From Eledone cirrhosa (lineage: Eukaryota), in contig OZ024741.1 in NCBI GenBank assembly GCA_964016885.1, positions 346,766,001-346,830,000 of the forward strand: DNA of 64,000 nt, written 5' to 3'. This document shows, piece after piece, positions 52,378 to 64,000 of this stretch. A program made the position numbers and the translations under genes. Under the pieces are notes generated by a model. That model did not search any database. It was not told the DNA's origin and saw only the letters and a list, made by a program, of their open reading frames with translations. Each line of letters starts with the position of its first letter. Positions within the stretch are counted from its first letter, which is position 1.

Positions 52378-52748
52378 GATTAATATTAAGAAAATTAATA
52401 ATAAGAAGAGTTAAAATTTGAGATTTGAAAATTCAAGTATAAAATTCAGTGTGGGATTTCATAGTAGTTTTCATCTTGGTAGCAGCAAGTTGACTGCTGT
52501 GTGCCTTTCTGGTAGTGAATGAGGAGTTATTTGGGGGAGTGGGTTATTTTATAAAGGTCAGATTTAGCAATGGCCAGATGGCCAGCTGCTGGTAAGTGAG
52601 GGGGTGGAAGCAATATACATACATATATCTGCCTGTGGTCGGTAGGAGAGGGGAGAGTGATAGATAGGGATTTAGTGCACTTACACCTATATATACACAC
52701 ATACACTCATCCACACACACATACATATACATACATATATATATACAT

Positions 52749-52831
<83 letters not shown>

Positions 52832-53526
52832 TATATATACATATATATACATATACACACATACATACACACACACATACATATACATACACACATATAT
52901 ACACATACATACACATATATATATACATACACACACATATATATACATACACGTACATCCAGATACACACATATACACACACACACACATATATACACAT
53001 ACACACACATATATATACACACACACATATATATACACATACGCATACATCCAGATACACACATACATACACACACACACACACAATACACACACACAAT
53101 ACACACACACACACACACATACACATACATACACCCACACACCTAGAGAAATGGCCTCCAAATATATATATATATATATACATACATACACATATATTGT
53201 TTCCATAATATAAGAAGTTAGGACAGTGAAATTAAAATACAAGTTATTCTGATCACATTGAGTTCTTCATGTAGATTGCCCCCCCCCCCCAACCGACAGT
53301 GGTGAATTCTGTGTGCGCATATATATATATAGATATATGTGTGTGCACGTGCAGGGTTTAACATGGATGTGTTGGTCACACAAAGGCATGGTCCGTCAAC
53401 GAATAAACCTGATTCTACAGAATTGGTCTCTGGTCTTTAATAGTATTTATAATTATATACATGCCCACATACACACACATATATCTGTCACTCCGTGCGT
53501 ATGCGTGTTTATATTTTATGACAATT

Positions 53527-55281
53527 CTATTGGGGTGATAACCCGTTTAGTTTTGGTTTAAATTTGTTAAAGAATAGATTTTCTTTGTTTATTCTTTGTT
53601 GCTGTGTGAACGAATCTGAGCACTTGTCGAAGGGGAAGATTTTAAAGTTGGGTAGTGTCATTCCTGCGCAGTTCGCAATATGGCTGCTCAAGGGGATTTT
53701 TCTTGTGTTAGCGTCCCGGATTTGTTGGCGGTGGATGGTCATTCTTTTGCGTAATGAGGCGCCCGTCTGTCCTATGTAGTTGTGTTTGCACCCACCGCAA
53801 ATTATTACGTAAATCAAGTTCTCCGAGTTGCAGGTGAAATTGTTTTTTACTGTAAATGTTTGGCCATCTTTAAATGTAAATTGTTGTCCTTCAGTGAGGT
53901 AGAGGCACGTTCCACAGTTTGTTCTACCACATTTGGTAACTGTAGGGTTGAGAATTGGTTTGGGTATATTTGGTCCAGTGAGAATGCGTTTAAGTGATTT
54001 GGGTTTTTTTTTACTTTTAAGGATCTTGTGTGTTTCAAGAATAGACTTCATTTTTACATCTTTAAGTAGGATGGGGAGGTTTTTGTGTAGGTGATCAAAC
54101 ATTTCGGTATTTCTGGGGCTGAAAGTGGATACATATGGCAGGGTGTTGAGTGTGGTTTTCTGTTTTGGATTGTTAAGTTGGTGGGGATTTAGGTGTTTTG
54201 CCCTGTCTATTCCATTGTTGATTATTTCAAGTGGAAAGGCTCTTAAGATAAGGGTGTCTTTTAGTTCCTTTAGTCTTTGCTCCCGTTTAGGTAGATCTGA
54301 TACTATGGTACATATACGTTTGGCCAAATTGTAAGGAATGTTAAATTTTGTATGTTTTGGGTGACTTGATGTGAAAAAGAGGTATTGCTTGGAATCTGTG
54401 GGTTTATAGAATATATCTGTATCTAATTTCCCGTATATTACAGAGATGAGAATATCCAAGAAGGCTAATTCCTTGGGATTGGATTCCATTGTGAATTGTA
54501 TATTATTATCTATGTTGTTTATCATGTTTTTAAACATAGTAAGTGAGTTCATGTCTTCTTGCCATAGGATAAAGCAGTCGTCTAGATATCTTTTACAATT
54601 GGCTTTGAGGTGTGTGTGGAAAGAGTCTCCAAATAAGAGAAGGGACTGACTGTATATTTGTTGTTCATGGAATCCCATGACTAGGTTGGCATATGTGGGT
54701 GCTACTTTCGTGCCCATTGCAGTACCTGATACTGGTCTGTATGTTGAACCATTGAATGTGAAGTAGTTATTTTGTAGGATAAAGTGGAGTCCGTCAGTGA
54801 TAAAATCTTTGTTGATGCGTGTCGGTATTTCTGATGGGTGTGTGTTAAGCCAGTATTGGATTGCTGTTATTCCATAGTTGTGGGGTATGTTTGTGTAGAG
54901 GTTTATTACGTCAAAGGAGACAAGAATTGTATTTGCACTTACTGTTTTAGGGAGGTGCTTCAGCATGTCAAGGTCATCTCGTATGTAGCTCTGTATATGT
55001 TGTAGAAAGGGTTTCAGTAGGATGTCCAGAAAGTTGCTAAGTCTGTGGGTTTCACATGTAGGGCCTGCTATAATTGGCCTGAGTTTTAGGTCTTCTGGTG
55101 GTGTTAGTTCAATGTAATTGTTGGTTGAGGTGTCACATGCATCGTTTATGGGTTTACATTTGTGGAGTTTCGGTAAGCCGTAAAAAGAGCTTGTATTGCA
55201 TTCGAAGTGGCTTATATAGTTAAACTCTTTTGTGGTTAAGCTGTTGCGGTATGTATTCAGTGAGGTCAAAAGGTTCCCCAT
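53527..55281 (-). CDS. Neptune PLE RT + GIY-YIG, uninterrupted 584-codon frame but N-terminally truncated
   Basis: FYGLPKLHK, LRPII, SFDVINLYT, GTAMGTKVAP, KRYLDD, FLD, CGRTNCGTC, LIYVIICGGC..YIGQT, R..H, H..C, E..F..LN. Confidence 0.9.
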   Translation of the reverse strand: MGNLLTSLNTYRNSLTTKEFNYISHFECNTSSFYGLPKLHKCKPINDACDTSTNNYIELTPPEDLKLRPIIAGPTCETHRLSNFLDILLKPFLQHIQSYIRDDLDMLKHLPKTVSANTILVSFDVINLYTNIPHNYGITAIQYWLNTHPSEIPTRINKDFITDGLHFILQNNYFTFNGSTYRPVSGTAMGTKVAPTYANLVMGFHEQQIYSQSLLLFGDSFHTHLKANCKRYLDDCFILWQEDMNSLTMFKNMINNIDNNIQFTMESNPKELAFLDILISVIYGKLDTDIFYKPTDSKQYLFFTSSHPKHTKFNIPYNLAKRICTIVSDLPKREQRLKELKDTLILRAFPLEIINNGIDRAKHLNPHQLNNPKQKTTLNTLPYVSTFSPRNTEMFDHLHKNLPILLKDVKMKSILETHKILKSKKKPKSLKRILTGPNIPKPILNPTVTKCGRTNCGTCLYLTEGQQFTFKDGQTFTVKNNFTCNSENLIYVIICGGCKHNYIGQTGASLRKRMTIHRQQIRDANTRKIPLSSHIANCAGMTLPNFKIFPFDKCSDSFTQQQRINKENLFFNKFKPKLNGLSPQ

Positions 55282-55411
55282 TGTTTTGGTGTGTTTGTAT
55301 ATATATATGTGTATGTATGTGTATATATGTGTGTGTGTGTGTGTATGTGTGTATGTATATGTATGTGTGTGTGTATGTATGTGTGTATATGTATATATAT
55401 GTATATATATA

Positions 55412-55482
<71 letters not shown>

Positions 55483-56064
55483 ATGTATATGTATGTGTGT
55501 GTGGATGAGGGTATGTGTGTATATATAGGTGTAAGTGCACTAAATCCCTATCTATCACTCTCCCCTCTCCTACCGACCACAGGCAGATATATGTATGTAT
55601 ATTGCTTCCACCCCCTCACTGACCAGCAGCGGGCCATCTGGCCATTGCTAAATCTGACCTTTATAAAATAACCCACTCCCCCAAATAACTCCTCATTCAC
55701 TACCAGAAAGGCACACAGCAGTCAACTTGCTGCTACCAAGATGAAAACTACTATGAAATCCCACAATGAATTTTATACTTGAATTTTCAAATTTCAAATT
55801 TTAACTCTTCTTATTATTAATTTTCTTAATATTAATCAACATTTGAAAAGATGGCTTTTGCAGACCCATCGAAACCGGCCATTTTTTATACCCTTTATTA
55901 TTTCCTTACCTTATAAAATTATATGTTTTTTCACAAAAAAGTATTCTGTCTCTTATATATTCCATGTGCCATTACCAACCTCAATTTTCTCTCTCTCTCT
56001 CTATATATATATACATATATATATATGTTTATATAAATATATATATAAAAATATATATATATAT

Positions 56065-56440
56065 TAGAAAATATATAGCTCCTCACCGTATTTTTGACTA
56101 AAGGAATTTTAGCTTGATAACGAGGTTTAGAACCCTCAGATAAATGGAAAAAGATGAATATTGACGTACATGGGAGTCGAACCCACATTTGTGGTTATCG
56201 CGACCACTGTGCTACCATTACACCAACACATCACCCATCTCTTTCCATTCAAATTAGAAACTACATTCTTAGCGAGTTTAAATGGCAAGTAAGTATGTTT
56301 TGAAACAGTGAGCGATATGGGTTCGACTCCCATGTACGTCAATACTCATCTTTTTCCATTTATCTGTGGGTTCTAAACCCCGTTATCAAGCTAAAATTCC
56401 TTTAGTCAAAATACGGTGAAAGCTATATATATTTTCTAAT
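56065..56440. repeat. Fold-back with ~120-bp inverted arms inside (TA)n
   Basis: 56065-56185 is the reverse complement of 56318-56440. Confidence 0.9.
56162..56232 (-). tRNA. tRNA-like sequence (pseudo-tRNA or SINE head), nominal anticodon CGA
   Basis: 71-nt cloverleaf GATGTGT-TG-GTGT-AATGGTA-GCAC-A-GTGGT-CGCGATA-ACCAC-AAAT-GTGGG-TTCGACT-CCCAT-GTACGTC-A, then TTTTT. It lacks U33, a purine at 37 and the long variable arm of Ser tRNA. Confidence 0.6.
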
Positions 56441-56479
56441 TTCAAAACTCGCTGACTGTTTCAAAACAAACTTACTTGA

Positions 56480-57148
<669 letters not shown>

Positions 57149-57853
57149 TGTCCAGTTGAAAATGAAAATATCCAATAAAACCGCCTCTCTTATATATTAT
57201 AAATATATATATATATATACGCTAATTACTGCCCGCCGAAATGCGATTCTCGCTAAATTTATATTTGTATTAATCTCTCAAGTCTAGCGATTCACCAGTT
57301 AATTGTTTTGCGTTTTTTAATTAATTCTATTGACTGATTAATCGCTTAAGTTTATTTTAAAAACCACTCGGTCGTGTGCTTAATTCGTTTTGTGCTATTT
57401 TTGCAAATTTTTGCAATAACTACACATGCTGAGTTCACTGGCCAAAATAGGGGTTTTCTCCCCTTTGAACCTCACAGGTGCTTTCATACCCTGTGAGATT
57501 CTGAGGCACGAAAACAAAATGCCTGTTGAGAAAGTGACTCCTTGTTCGATCATTATACCAAAAGCTTATTATTTTTTATAAGCAGAAAGTATTATTGATT
57601 TAGGTGTCGCAGAAACCCTATATCGGAGTATACCATCTTCCCCAAGGGTCCGGGTAACTATTTCAATCATATCTTATTTTGTTTGACCCGTTTAGCTTGT
57701 CGCCTTTTTGGCTTAGGTGGTTAATGGCTTCTTAATCATCGTCTAAGTTTTGTATGACGTTTTTAACTTATATTTATAGCTCTGGTATCTTCATATCTAT
57801 AGAGCGCTTGTCAACACAACTCGGCAGTTGCGTTCCGCTAATTTCTACCCGCC

Positions 57854-57987
<134 letters not shown>

Positions 57988-58736
57988 CAAATGTCTGTGT
58001 GCTTGTCCGCAAATACATAATTACAATAATTACATACACACATTTATATATACATACATCCAAACATACATACATATATACGTACATACTTACAAGGGGA
58101 ATTGTTTGTATTTGCAAGCGTGCAATATATTGCAAACAGATGACTCTAAAATCTTTGATGAGATACTTTCACCAGTGATTATTAAGCATTGAATTACTGT
58201 CATAAAGACAGCCCCCTTCGATCATGGACACTCAATTAATTTGGTAATAAACAAATAATAATTTTATTAAATAGAAATTTAATTAAAAGCATTATGACGC
58301 ATTTCAATTTTCTTTCCGGAATTGAAACGTAATTAGATTTTCAGTGATTCTCGAGGATTATTCAATCAAACAGTTCATTAATACACGAGATACAACGTGT
58401 TAGTTGATGCTAAGGTTAACAGAATAAATTACTAAAATTATAAGTTTATTCAGTACTTATCAAATCTTAATTTTCATAATATAACTGATACTGCAATATT
58501 TTACTTATCGAAATATAGTGCATATTAACGGAATACCATTCGGTCAATTTACTTTGTTCGATCGGGCTACGGTGAAAATCGTACGAGTTTGTCTGCCGAT
58601 CCAATTTCTCGAACATTCTTGTCATTACTAAGGAACGAATAGGTATTTGGTTTCATCATCACATTAACACAGGCCATTGGGATATATATATATATAATTA
58701 AAAATACGAGGAAATAATAGTAAACAATTTACCTAT

Positions 58737-59100
58737 ATATATATACCTATTTTTTCTTCAATGTTCCGACTGCAGTTTCGCCGAATCCGTTTGCAGCAGT
58801 TATGCATAATAAAAGTGGATCATCGCTGTGAGTTTGACAATGATTAGTAAGAGACGCTTCAAAAAGGACTGTTTCCTGACGAGTTGTTAACGAGAATAAT
58901 TCAATAATCAGAGCTATTCATCAAATTAAAAATACCATCAAATAATAGACAAAAATATACCTATTTTTCTTCAAATTGCTGACTGTCGTTTCACCGAATC
59001 CGTTTGCAGCAATTTATGCAAAATAGAAGTGCACCATCGCTGTGAGGTTGATAAGGCTTATAAAAAGACCTCTCAAAAAAGACTGTTTCTTGACGGGTTC
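58737..59100. repeat. Old ~220-bp-period direct duplication
   Basis: atatacctatttttcttcaa..gactg..gtttc.ccgaatccgtttgcagca..catcgctgtgag..caaaaa.gactgtttc.tgacg at ~58740 and ~58957. Confidence 0.8.
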
Positions 59101-59254
59101 GTAACAATGAGAAATTCTCGGAAAGGCGGAGGGAGAAACTAAAACGTGATACAGTGGTCACAGAATGGTAGTAAAAGTGGACATTAACCGTATTTGCTAG
59201 AAAAAGCAGTTAGCACGCGCCTGGTTAACTCACCATATGGAAGTTTGGGACAAT

Positions 59255-59301
<47 letters not shown>
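59255..59301. repeat. (TAA)n tail/target of Tx1 copy C
   Basis: Direct reading; same junction as copy A. Confidence 0.95.
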
Positions 59302-59302
<1 letters not shown>

Positions 59303-59544
59303 TTTTCTTTATTAACCACAAGGGTTCACATAAAGTAGACATTAAGGACAGTACAGGACAATACAGGACGGTACAAATGGGCATTTCTGCGTGTAAAAAA
59401 ACAGAGGTTGAAATAAAATAACAAAGAAAAATTCCCCAATAGGGGGGAGACTTCCAAGGGACATTTGTGGAGAAAGCCCATTAAAAGACCACAGTGGCCC
59501 TGACCACCAGGGCAAGTGCCCTCTCCCAGTTTTCCACCTTTAAT

Positions 59545-62500
59545 TTACAGACACATACTCAGAGAAGGCCCATTCATTCGGGCCATACTTGCTTCTCTCA
59601 CCCATCTTTCAACAAAATGCTGGGAAGAGAGCACTTCCCTCTCTACCCTGATTTTCCTTTTCAAATGAAATTTGAAAAAGTTAATCAGGGCATCACCGAA
59701 GAGGTAAGTGCTCGTCTTCAGCCCTTTCAAATGTGTCCACCATACTATCTCTTTCGCCATGGCCACCAGACAGATAAAATCTGCCTGCCCTTCCAGGCTA
59801 AAGGAAGGGGGCGGGGCAATCCTCACGATGGACTCAGCTGATAGCTGGATAGGTCCTACACGTGACAGCAGGTGTTCGACATAAACCCACAGGTCAGCAA
59901 TGCTCGGACACTGGACGAGTGCGTGCAGGACGGTTTCGTCGCCCTGCGCGCATCTCGGACATGCCCGGCTGACGGCACCTCCATGCCTGTAGAGTTTATC
60001 CCGAACTGGCAAAGCTCCTCGGTAGCACTGCCAGGCCAGGGATTTCTGGAAGTTGTCCATAGGCCCCGGCCCGAAAGTCCTTCCGAAGAGATTGGCTAGT
60101 TGATTTTCGTCGACGCCTAGAGTTTCTCCAAGTACGTCGTCGCTCTTCCCCTCCACTAATCCCCTATAGAACGCCAAGGTGGAGTTTCCACCGATCACAT
60201 TGCCCGATTGGTCGACGGCTGTGAGCGCCTGAAGACATTCCAGTCTCCAAGCGCTCCCTCTCGGTCTTCGCTTGACCCAGGACTGCAGCTCCGTCAAGGA
60301 GACGAGCTGGGGAAAAACGTGTCTTGCAAACGGCGACCACACCTGATCACCGTCGAGGGAGAGGTGGAGATGTCGTAGCCTGAGCGCGTGTCTGCGCATC
60401 ATCAGCCACGGCATGCCCAGCCCTCCACGTAGCGGGTGTTGACAGCAGATGGACCGCCTGACCATCGGAGCGCGTCCCTTCCACAAGAAGCGAAAGAGCA
60501 AACGCTCCAGCGCAGTCAGGCGGGGCTTAGGACAAGGTACGACGGTCAGGCGGTAGTAGATGACGGATGCGATGTACGCATTCGCCACCTCCGCTCGACC
60601 TTTCAGGGATAGCTTCCTCTCGGCCCATTTCTGGGTGAGAGAAGCCACCCTGCTCGTCACCTCGTCCCAGTTTTTGTCCGTCTGGAGGTCTGGACCGAAC
60701 CAGACCCCTAGCAATTTAACCGGTCCGTCCGTCCGTCCAGCGCCCGACGACGCTGTTGGACGGCATGGACCTGCCTCTCCAGGCCCGAGCTGCAGGCCCA
60801 CTGACTTTTCCTGGTTGATCATTGCTCCTGTCACCGCTTCGTATTCTCTTAGTGTAGTGCCAATCGCCTCGATGTGTTTGGCGTTCGACACCACTACGGT
60901 GACATCGTCGGCATATGCTGATACGGATCTTCCGCATCCTAGTTCGCGCGGGACCCCCCTCAACGTCTCCAGTTTGTGCAGTAATGGCTCGAGAGTCAAT
61001 ACGTACAATAGGGACGAGAGGGGACATCCTTGGCGGACCGAGCGCATGATGTTGAACGGTTCCGAAAGGTGACCGTTCACTCTCACTACAGAGCAGATGT
61101 CGCTGTGCATGGCAGCGATCCAGCCTCTGAAGACGGGCCCAAAGCCAGCCGCCCTCAGGACTGCCGTTAGGTAACGATGGTCGACCCTATCGAAGGCTTT
61201 CGACTGATCTAAATTGATCAAAGACCCACCCGTGCCAGGTTCCCTAGCTACCCTCTCTACGATGTATCGCATGAGGTGGAGGTTGTCGTGGATGGATCTG
61301 TCGGGAATGGCGCATGTCTGTGCCTCTCCCACCAGACCACCAACGACAAGCGCCAATCTCTTTGCTAGCACCTTGGCCAAAATCTTGAACTCTGTGTTTA
61401 GCAGAGTTATGGGCCTAAAATTATCTATGTTATCCCCCTTGTTCGGATCCTTTCTCAGCAGCGCCACCGCTCCTCGGCTCACAGAGCTGGGAATTCTCCC
61501 GTTCTGTTGCCAGTTGCAGTAGACGTCCGCCAAGAGGCCTCCGAACACGTTTGGCATTTGTACGTAAAGTTCATAGGTCAGACCATCCAAACCAGGCGAT
61601 TTGCCCCTTGTGCAACTAGTCATTGCATCCCGTACTTCAGCGGTTGTTATCGGCTTTTCGCAACACTCCTCCTCAGTGGTCGAAAGCCGCGGCAGTCCGT
61701 CGAGGTAGACACTAAAGTCCATCCCTCGATCCGGCCCGCCACTGCGCCCGAACAGTTGAGCGAAGTGTCGCTGAAAAGCTTCACACATTTGCCCGGGATC
61801 GAGTAGCATGCGCCCGTCGTGGTCCACCAAAGACAGGATCGTGGCTTTGTTGCCACGACGCGCCTCCGCCACTCGGGCCCATTCAACGGCTTTCGTCCCC
61901 TCGTGTCTGAGAGCACGCACCCTAGCTCTGACAACGCAGCCTTCGTGCTTTGCATTGAAGAATTGGTCAAGGGCCAATTTCGCCGCAAGTACGTCGGTCG
62001 CGATGCCTTTGCTAAGCGCCTCATCTAATTTTCGAACTAATTCTCCCTCTGCTCTATTTTTCTCTATTGCTAAAGTCTTACTAAACCTAATGAACTCTAT
62101 TCTAATTGCTCTTTTCAGAGCAAACCACCACTTGTTGTTGACGATGGCCCCCGTCAACGCCCGCTTAACTAGTTCGCTAATCCGGTCTCTGTAGGCCTTG
62201 CGCGCTGGTAAGGACGCGTTTAGCTTCCAGTAGCCGGGTCCTCGTCTATGAAGCCTATCTAAGTCAAGCACACAGATCACGAATTTGTGGTCCGTGTAGC
62301 TGACTATCTTGAATTGTGGACAGCCTATGCTAGACCTATCTATTTCCCTACAAAATACTCTATCTAGATATGATCTGGATGACCCTATGCGATTTGTCCA
62401 AGTCCACATTGGTACATTCGGGAAATCCATTCGGTATCTGTCAGACAGTTCAAAACGTCTGAGCAAGTTGGTGAGACTCTTGCACCCTCCTTCCCTATCC

Positions 62501-62967
62501 ACTAATCCCACACAATCCCAGCGTGCATCAAAGATCCCGTTCCAGTCGCCCACTAACACTAAAGAGCGGGACGTTCCAAGAAAGGTCTCCAGACGCCGGA
62601 AGAAATCAGGCCGCCCTGCTCCTGTCGGGGCATAGACGGCCACTAACCTGAAAGCTTGCCCGTCTCCGCTGGTCACGTCCAGCACCACCAACTTACCTTC
62701 TGGGTCCAGGAAGATGGCCCGTATGGCAAGATCCAAACCTTTCCGAAAAAGCACAGCAACTCCTCCCCCCGATCCCGGACGGCTGGGAGATGCGTACACA
62801 TCGTAGCCGCCGAAGATCGGTGCGAAAGCCTGTGCTTCGGAGATTCTGGTCTCGCTGATGGCCACTACATCTATGTTTAGTGACCTGAGGTCGTTGAGCA
62901 GGTGGCCCTGCTTCCATGACGACCCCAAGCCACGCGCATTTATGCTGCCTATTCTGAGTGAGGTCAT
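59545..62967 (-). CDS. Tx1/L1 ORF2p, 1140 aa: APE endonuclease, RT, C-terminal CCHC
   Basis: SINARGL, ISET, VYAP, GDWN, SYLD, TDH; LDQSKAFD, RQGCPLS, YADD; CPRC..ETVLHALVQC. Confidence 0.95.
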   Translation of the reverse strand: MTSLRIGSINARGLGSSWKQGHLLNDLRSLNIDVVAISETRISEAQAFAPIFGGYDVYASPSRPGSGGGVAVLFRKGLDLAIRAIFLDPEGKLVVLDVTSGDGQAFRLVAVYAPTGAGRPDFFRRLETFLGTSRSLVLVGDWNGIFDARWDCVGLVDREGGCKSLTNLLRRFELSDRYRMDFPNVPMWTWTNRIGSSRSYLDRVFCREIDRSSIGCPQFKIVSYTDHKFVICVLDLDRLHRRGPGYWKLNASLPARKAYRDRISELVKRALTGAIVNNKWWFALKRAIRIEFIRFSKTLAIEKNRAEGELVRKLDEALSKGIATDVLAAKLALDQFFNAKHEGCVVRARVRALRHEGTKAVEWARVAEARRGNKATILSLVDHDGRMLLDPGQMCEAFQRHFAQLFGRSGGPDRGMDFSVYLDGLPRLSTTEEECCEKPITTAEVRDAMTSCTRGKSPGLDGLTYELYVQMPNVFGGLLADVYCNWQQNGRIPSSVSRGAVALLRKDPNKGDNIDNFRPITLLNTEFKILAKVLAKRLALVVGGLVGEAQTCAIPDRSIHDNLHLMRYIVERVAREPGTGGSLINLDQSKAFDRVDHRYLTAVLRAAGFGPVFRGWIAAMHSDICSVVRVNGHLSEPFNIMRSVRQGCPLSSLLYVLTLEPLLHKLETLRGVPRELGCGRSVSAYADDVTVVVSNAKHIEAIGTTLREYEAVTGAMINQEKSVGLQLGPGEAGPCRPTASSGAGRTDGPVKLLGVWFGPDLQTDKNWDEVTSRVASLTQKWAERKLSLKGRAEVANAYIASVIYYRLTVVPCPKPRLTALERLLFRFLWKGRAPMVRRSICCQHPLRGGLGMPWLMMRRHALRLRHLHLSLDGDQVWSPFARHVFPQLVSLTELQSWVKRRPRGSAWRLECLQALTAVDQSGNVIGGNSTLAFYRGLVEGKSDDVLGETLGVDENQLANLFGRTFGPGPMDNFQKSLAWQCYRGALPVRDKLYRHGGAVSRACPRCAQGDETVLHALVQCPSIADLWVYVEHLLSRVGPIQLSAESIVRIAPPPSFSLEGQADFICLVAMAKEIVWWTHLKGLKTSTYLFGDALINFFKFHLKRKIRVEREVLSSQHFVERWVREASMARMNGPSLSMCL

Positions 62968-63001
62968 GTTGAAAAGGAGTGAAAAAGATGGGAAAGACCA
63001 C

Positions 63002-64000
63002 TTACCTTACTTCTCGTAGGGGAAGGACGGCTTTTCCATCCTTTTCACTGCTTGTGGCCTCCTCAGGAAGGATGTCCTTATAAATCCTCCTGGAGAGTGC
63101 TTGTCGGAAGTCTCCGATGTCTTTGGGGAATTTTTGTTTTAGTGTCATGTACGTTTTCTGTGTGATGCGAGTGATTTGTATGTGTGGAGGTGGTGTGAAT
63201 TTTGGGGTTGTTGTGTAGTCTTTTTCTGTGATGCTGGTGTTGTGTTGGATGTAGTGTAATGATTGCTTGTTGTTCAAATTTAATGCTGTGTAGTGTGTAT
63301 CGTTTTGGTTATTTTGTTTTGTTTGCGTTTGTTGTGGGTTTGTTTCTGTTTCGAATTTTGGTGACTTTTGTGGTGTAGGTGATGGTGGTGTTGGAGTTAA
63401 TGATGGTGATGGTGTTGGTGTTTGGGTTGATGGGGTTGGTGATGCTGGTGTGGATGGTGGCATATCTGTCCTAACTTTTTTGTTTCTTAGTTTATTTGTT
63501 TCCCTCTGTATTTTGTTTTTGGAGGGGGAAGGAAGAGAATTTTTTCTTTTTTGGTTTCTTTTTTTTTTTCCGGATATCGTTTCCCACTCCTCGTCGTCAC
63601 AATCTGTCTCCAGTTGTGATAGGCCGGGGAGTAGAAAATCCTCCACAGCCGTTAGTTTTGGTTGTGGTGTGGTGGATGGTGTAGGCGCTGGTGCTAGTTC
63701 TGAAGCGTTGGGTGGTGGTGGTGTTGGTTTTGCTGGTGGTGGTAGTGGTGTTGGTTTTGCTACTGTTGCTGGGGTTGTTGCTGTTATAGTTGCTTCTGTT
63801 GTTGCTGCTACAGTTGTTGCTGCCATTTCTGCTACTGGTGGTGTTGATGGTTGTGTCACTGGGGTGGGTAGGAGAGGTGGCCTCAACCTTTTAGCCTGAG
63901 GGCAGAAAGCCCTTAGGTGGGTTCCTTCACCAAAAACGACACACCTAGGTCTTCTGCCCTCGACAATTACCGTGAGGTGGCTGCCGTCAGTGAGGTCTAT
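63002..64000 (-). CDS. Tx1 ORF1p C-terminal part (knuckle region, Pro/Thr-rich linker, basic patch)
   Basis: Open frame homologous to copy A ORF1; stop 34 nt before the ORF2 ATG. Confidence 0.85.
   Translation of the reverse strand: MDLTDGSHLTVIVEGRRPRCVVFGEGTHLRAFCPQAKRLRPPLLPTPVTQPSTPPVAEMAATTVAATTEATITATTPATVAKPTPLPPPAKPTPPPPNASELAPAPTPSTTPQPKLTAVEDFLLPGLSQLETDCDDEEWETISGKKKRNQKRKNSLPSPSKNKIQRETNKLRNKKVRTDMPPSTPASPTPSTQTPTPSPSLTPTPPSPTPQKSPKFETETNPQQTQTKQNNQNDTHYTALNLNNKQSLHYIQHNTSITEKDYTTTPKFTPPPHIQITRITQKTYMTLKQKFPKDIGDFRQALSRRIYKDILPEEATSSEKDGKAVLPLREVR

Larger units (their letters stand above)
52188..55990 (-). mobile_element. 5'-truncated Neptune-type PLE with ~700-bp inverted pseudo-LTR arms
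   Basis: ~52210-52990 is the near-identical reverse complement of ~55290-55990; (TA)n at both ends. Confidence 0.93.
59302..64000 (-). mobile_element. Tx1 family 1 copy C (5' part runs off the window)
   Basis: 3' UTR, ORF2 and ORF1 collinear with copy A. Confidence 0.95.

Noticed and set aside
56162-56232. Functional tRNA-Ser(CGA) gene
   Set aside because: No long variable arm, G at position 33, T at position 37 and three G-U pairs in the acceptor stem.

Overview
AT-rich eukaryotic repeat DNA with no host gene I can support. The microsatellite load, the tRNA-derived Nin/Deu-type SINE and the PLE/Tx1/Dong content suggest a mollusc, probably an octopus (inference). Two retroelement guilds divide the window by microsatellite. 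(TAA)n tracts hold L1/Tx1-like LINEs (four young copies from two families, one with an open 1140-aa ORF2; an ancient relic lies beside a (CTA)n tract) and an R4/Dong-type RLE element; three of these are stacked back to back at 2.6-17.7 kb. (TA)n tracts hold Penelope-like elements (Neptune-type and Hydra-type GIY-YIG) with inverted pseudo-LTRs, plus non-coding fold-back derivatives, most carrying hammerhead-ribozyme motifs. The main finding is a 7.6-kb array (39917-47517) of 15 near-identical ~496-bp non-coding units. Each unit carries one minimal type I hammerhead on the minus strand, and the array ends in a twin-priming-like inversion. This is the pattern expected of a retrozyme-like circular or multimeric RNA reverse-transcribed and inserted in one event. 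A second, unrelated 477-bp hammerhead family has similar architecture at 36241-37205. All calls were made by eye, and boundaries are approximate to a few bases unless stated.
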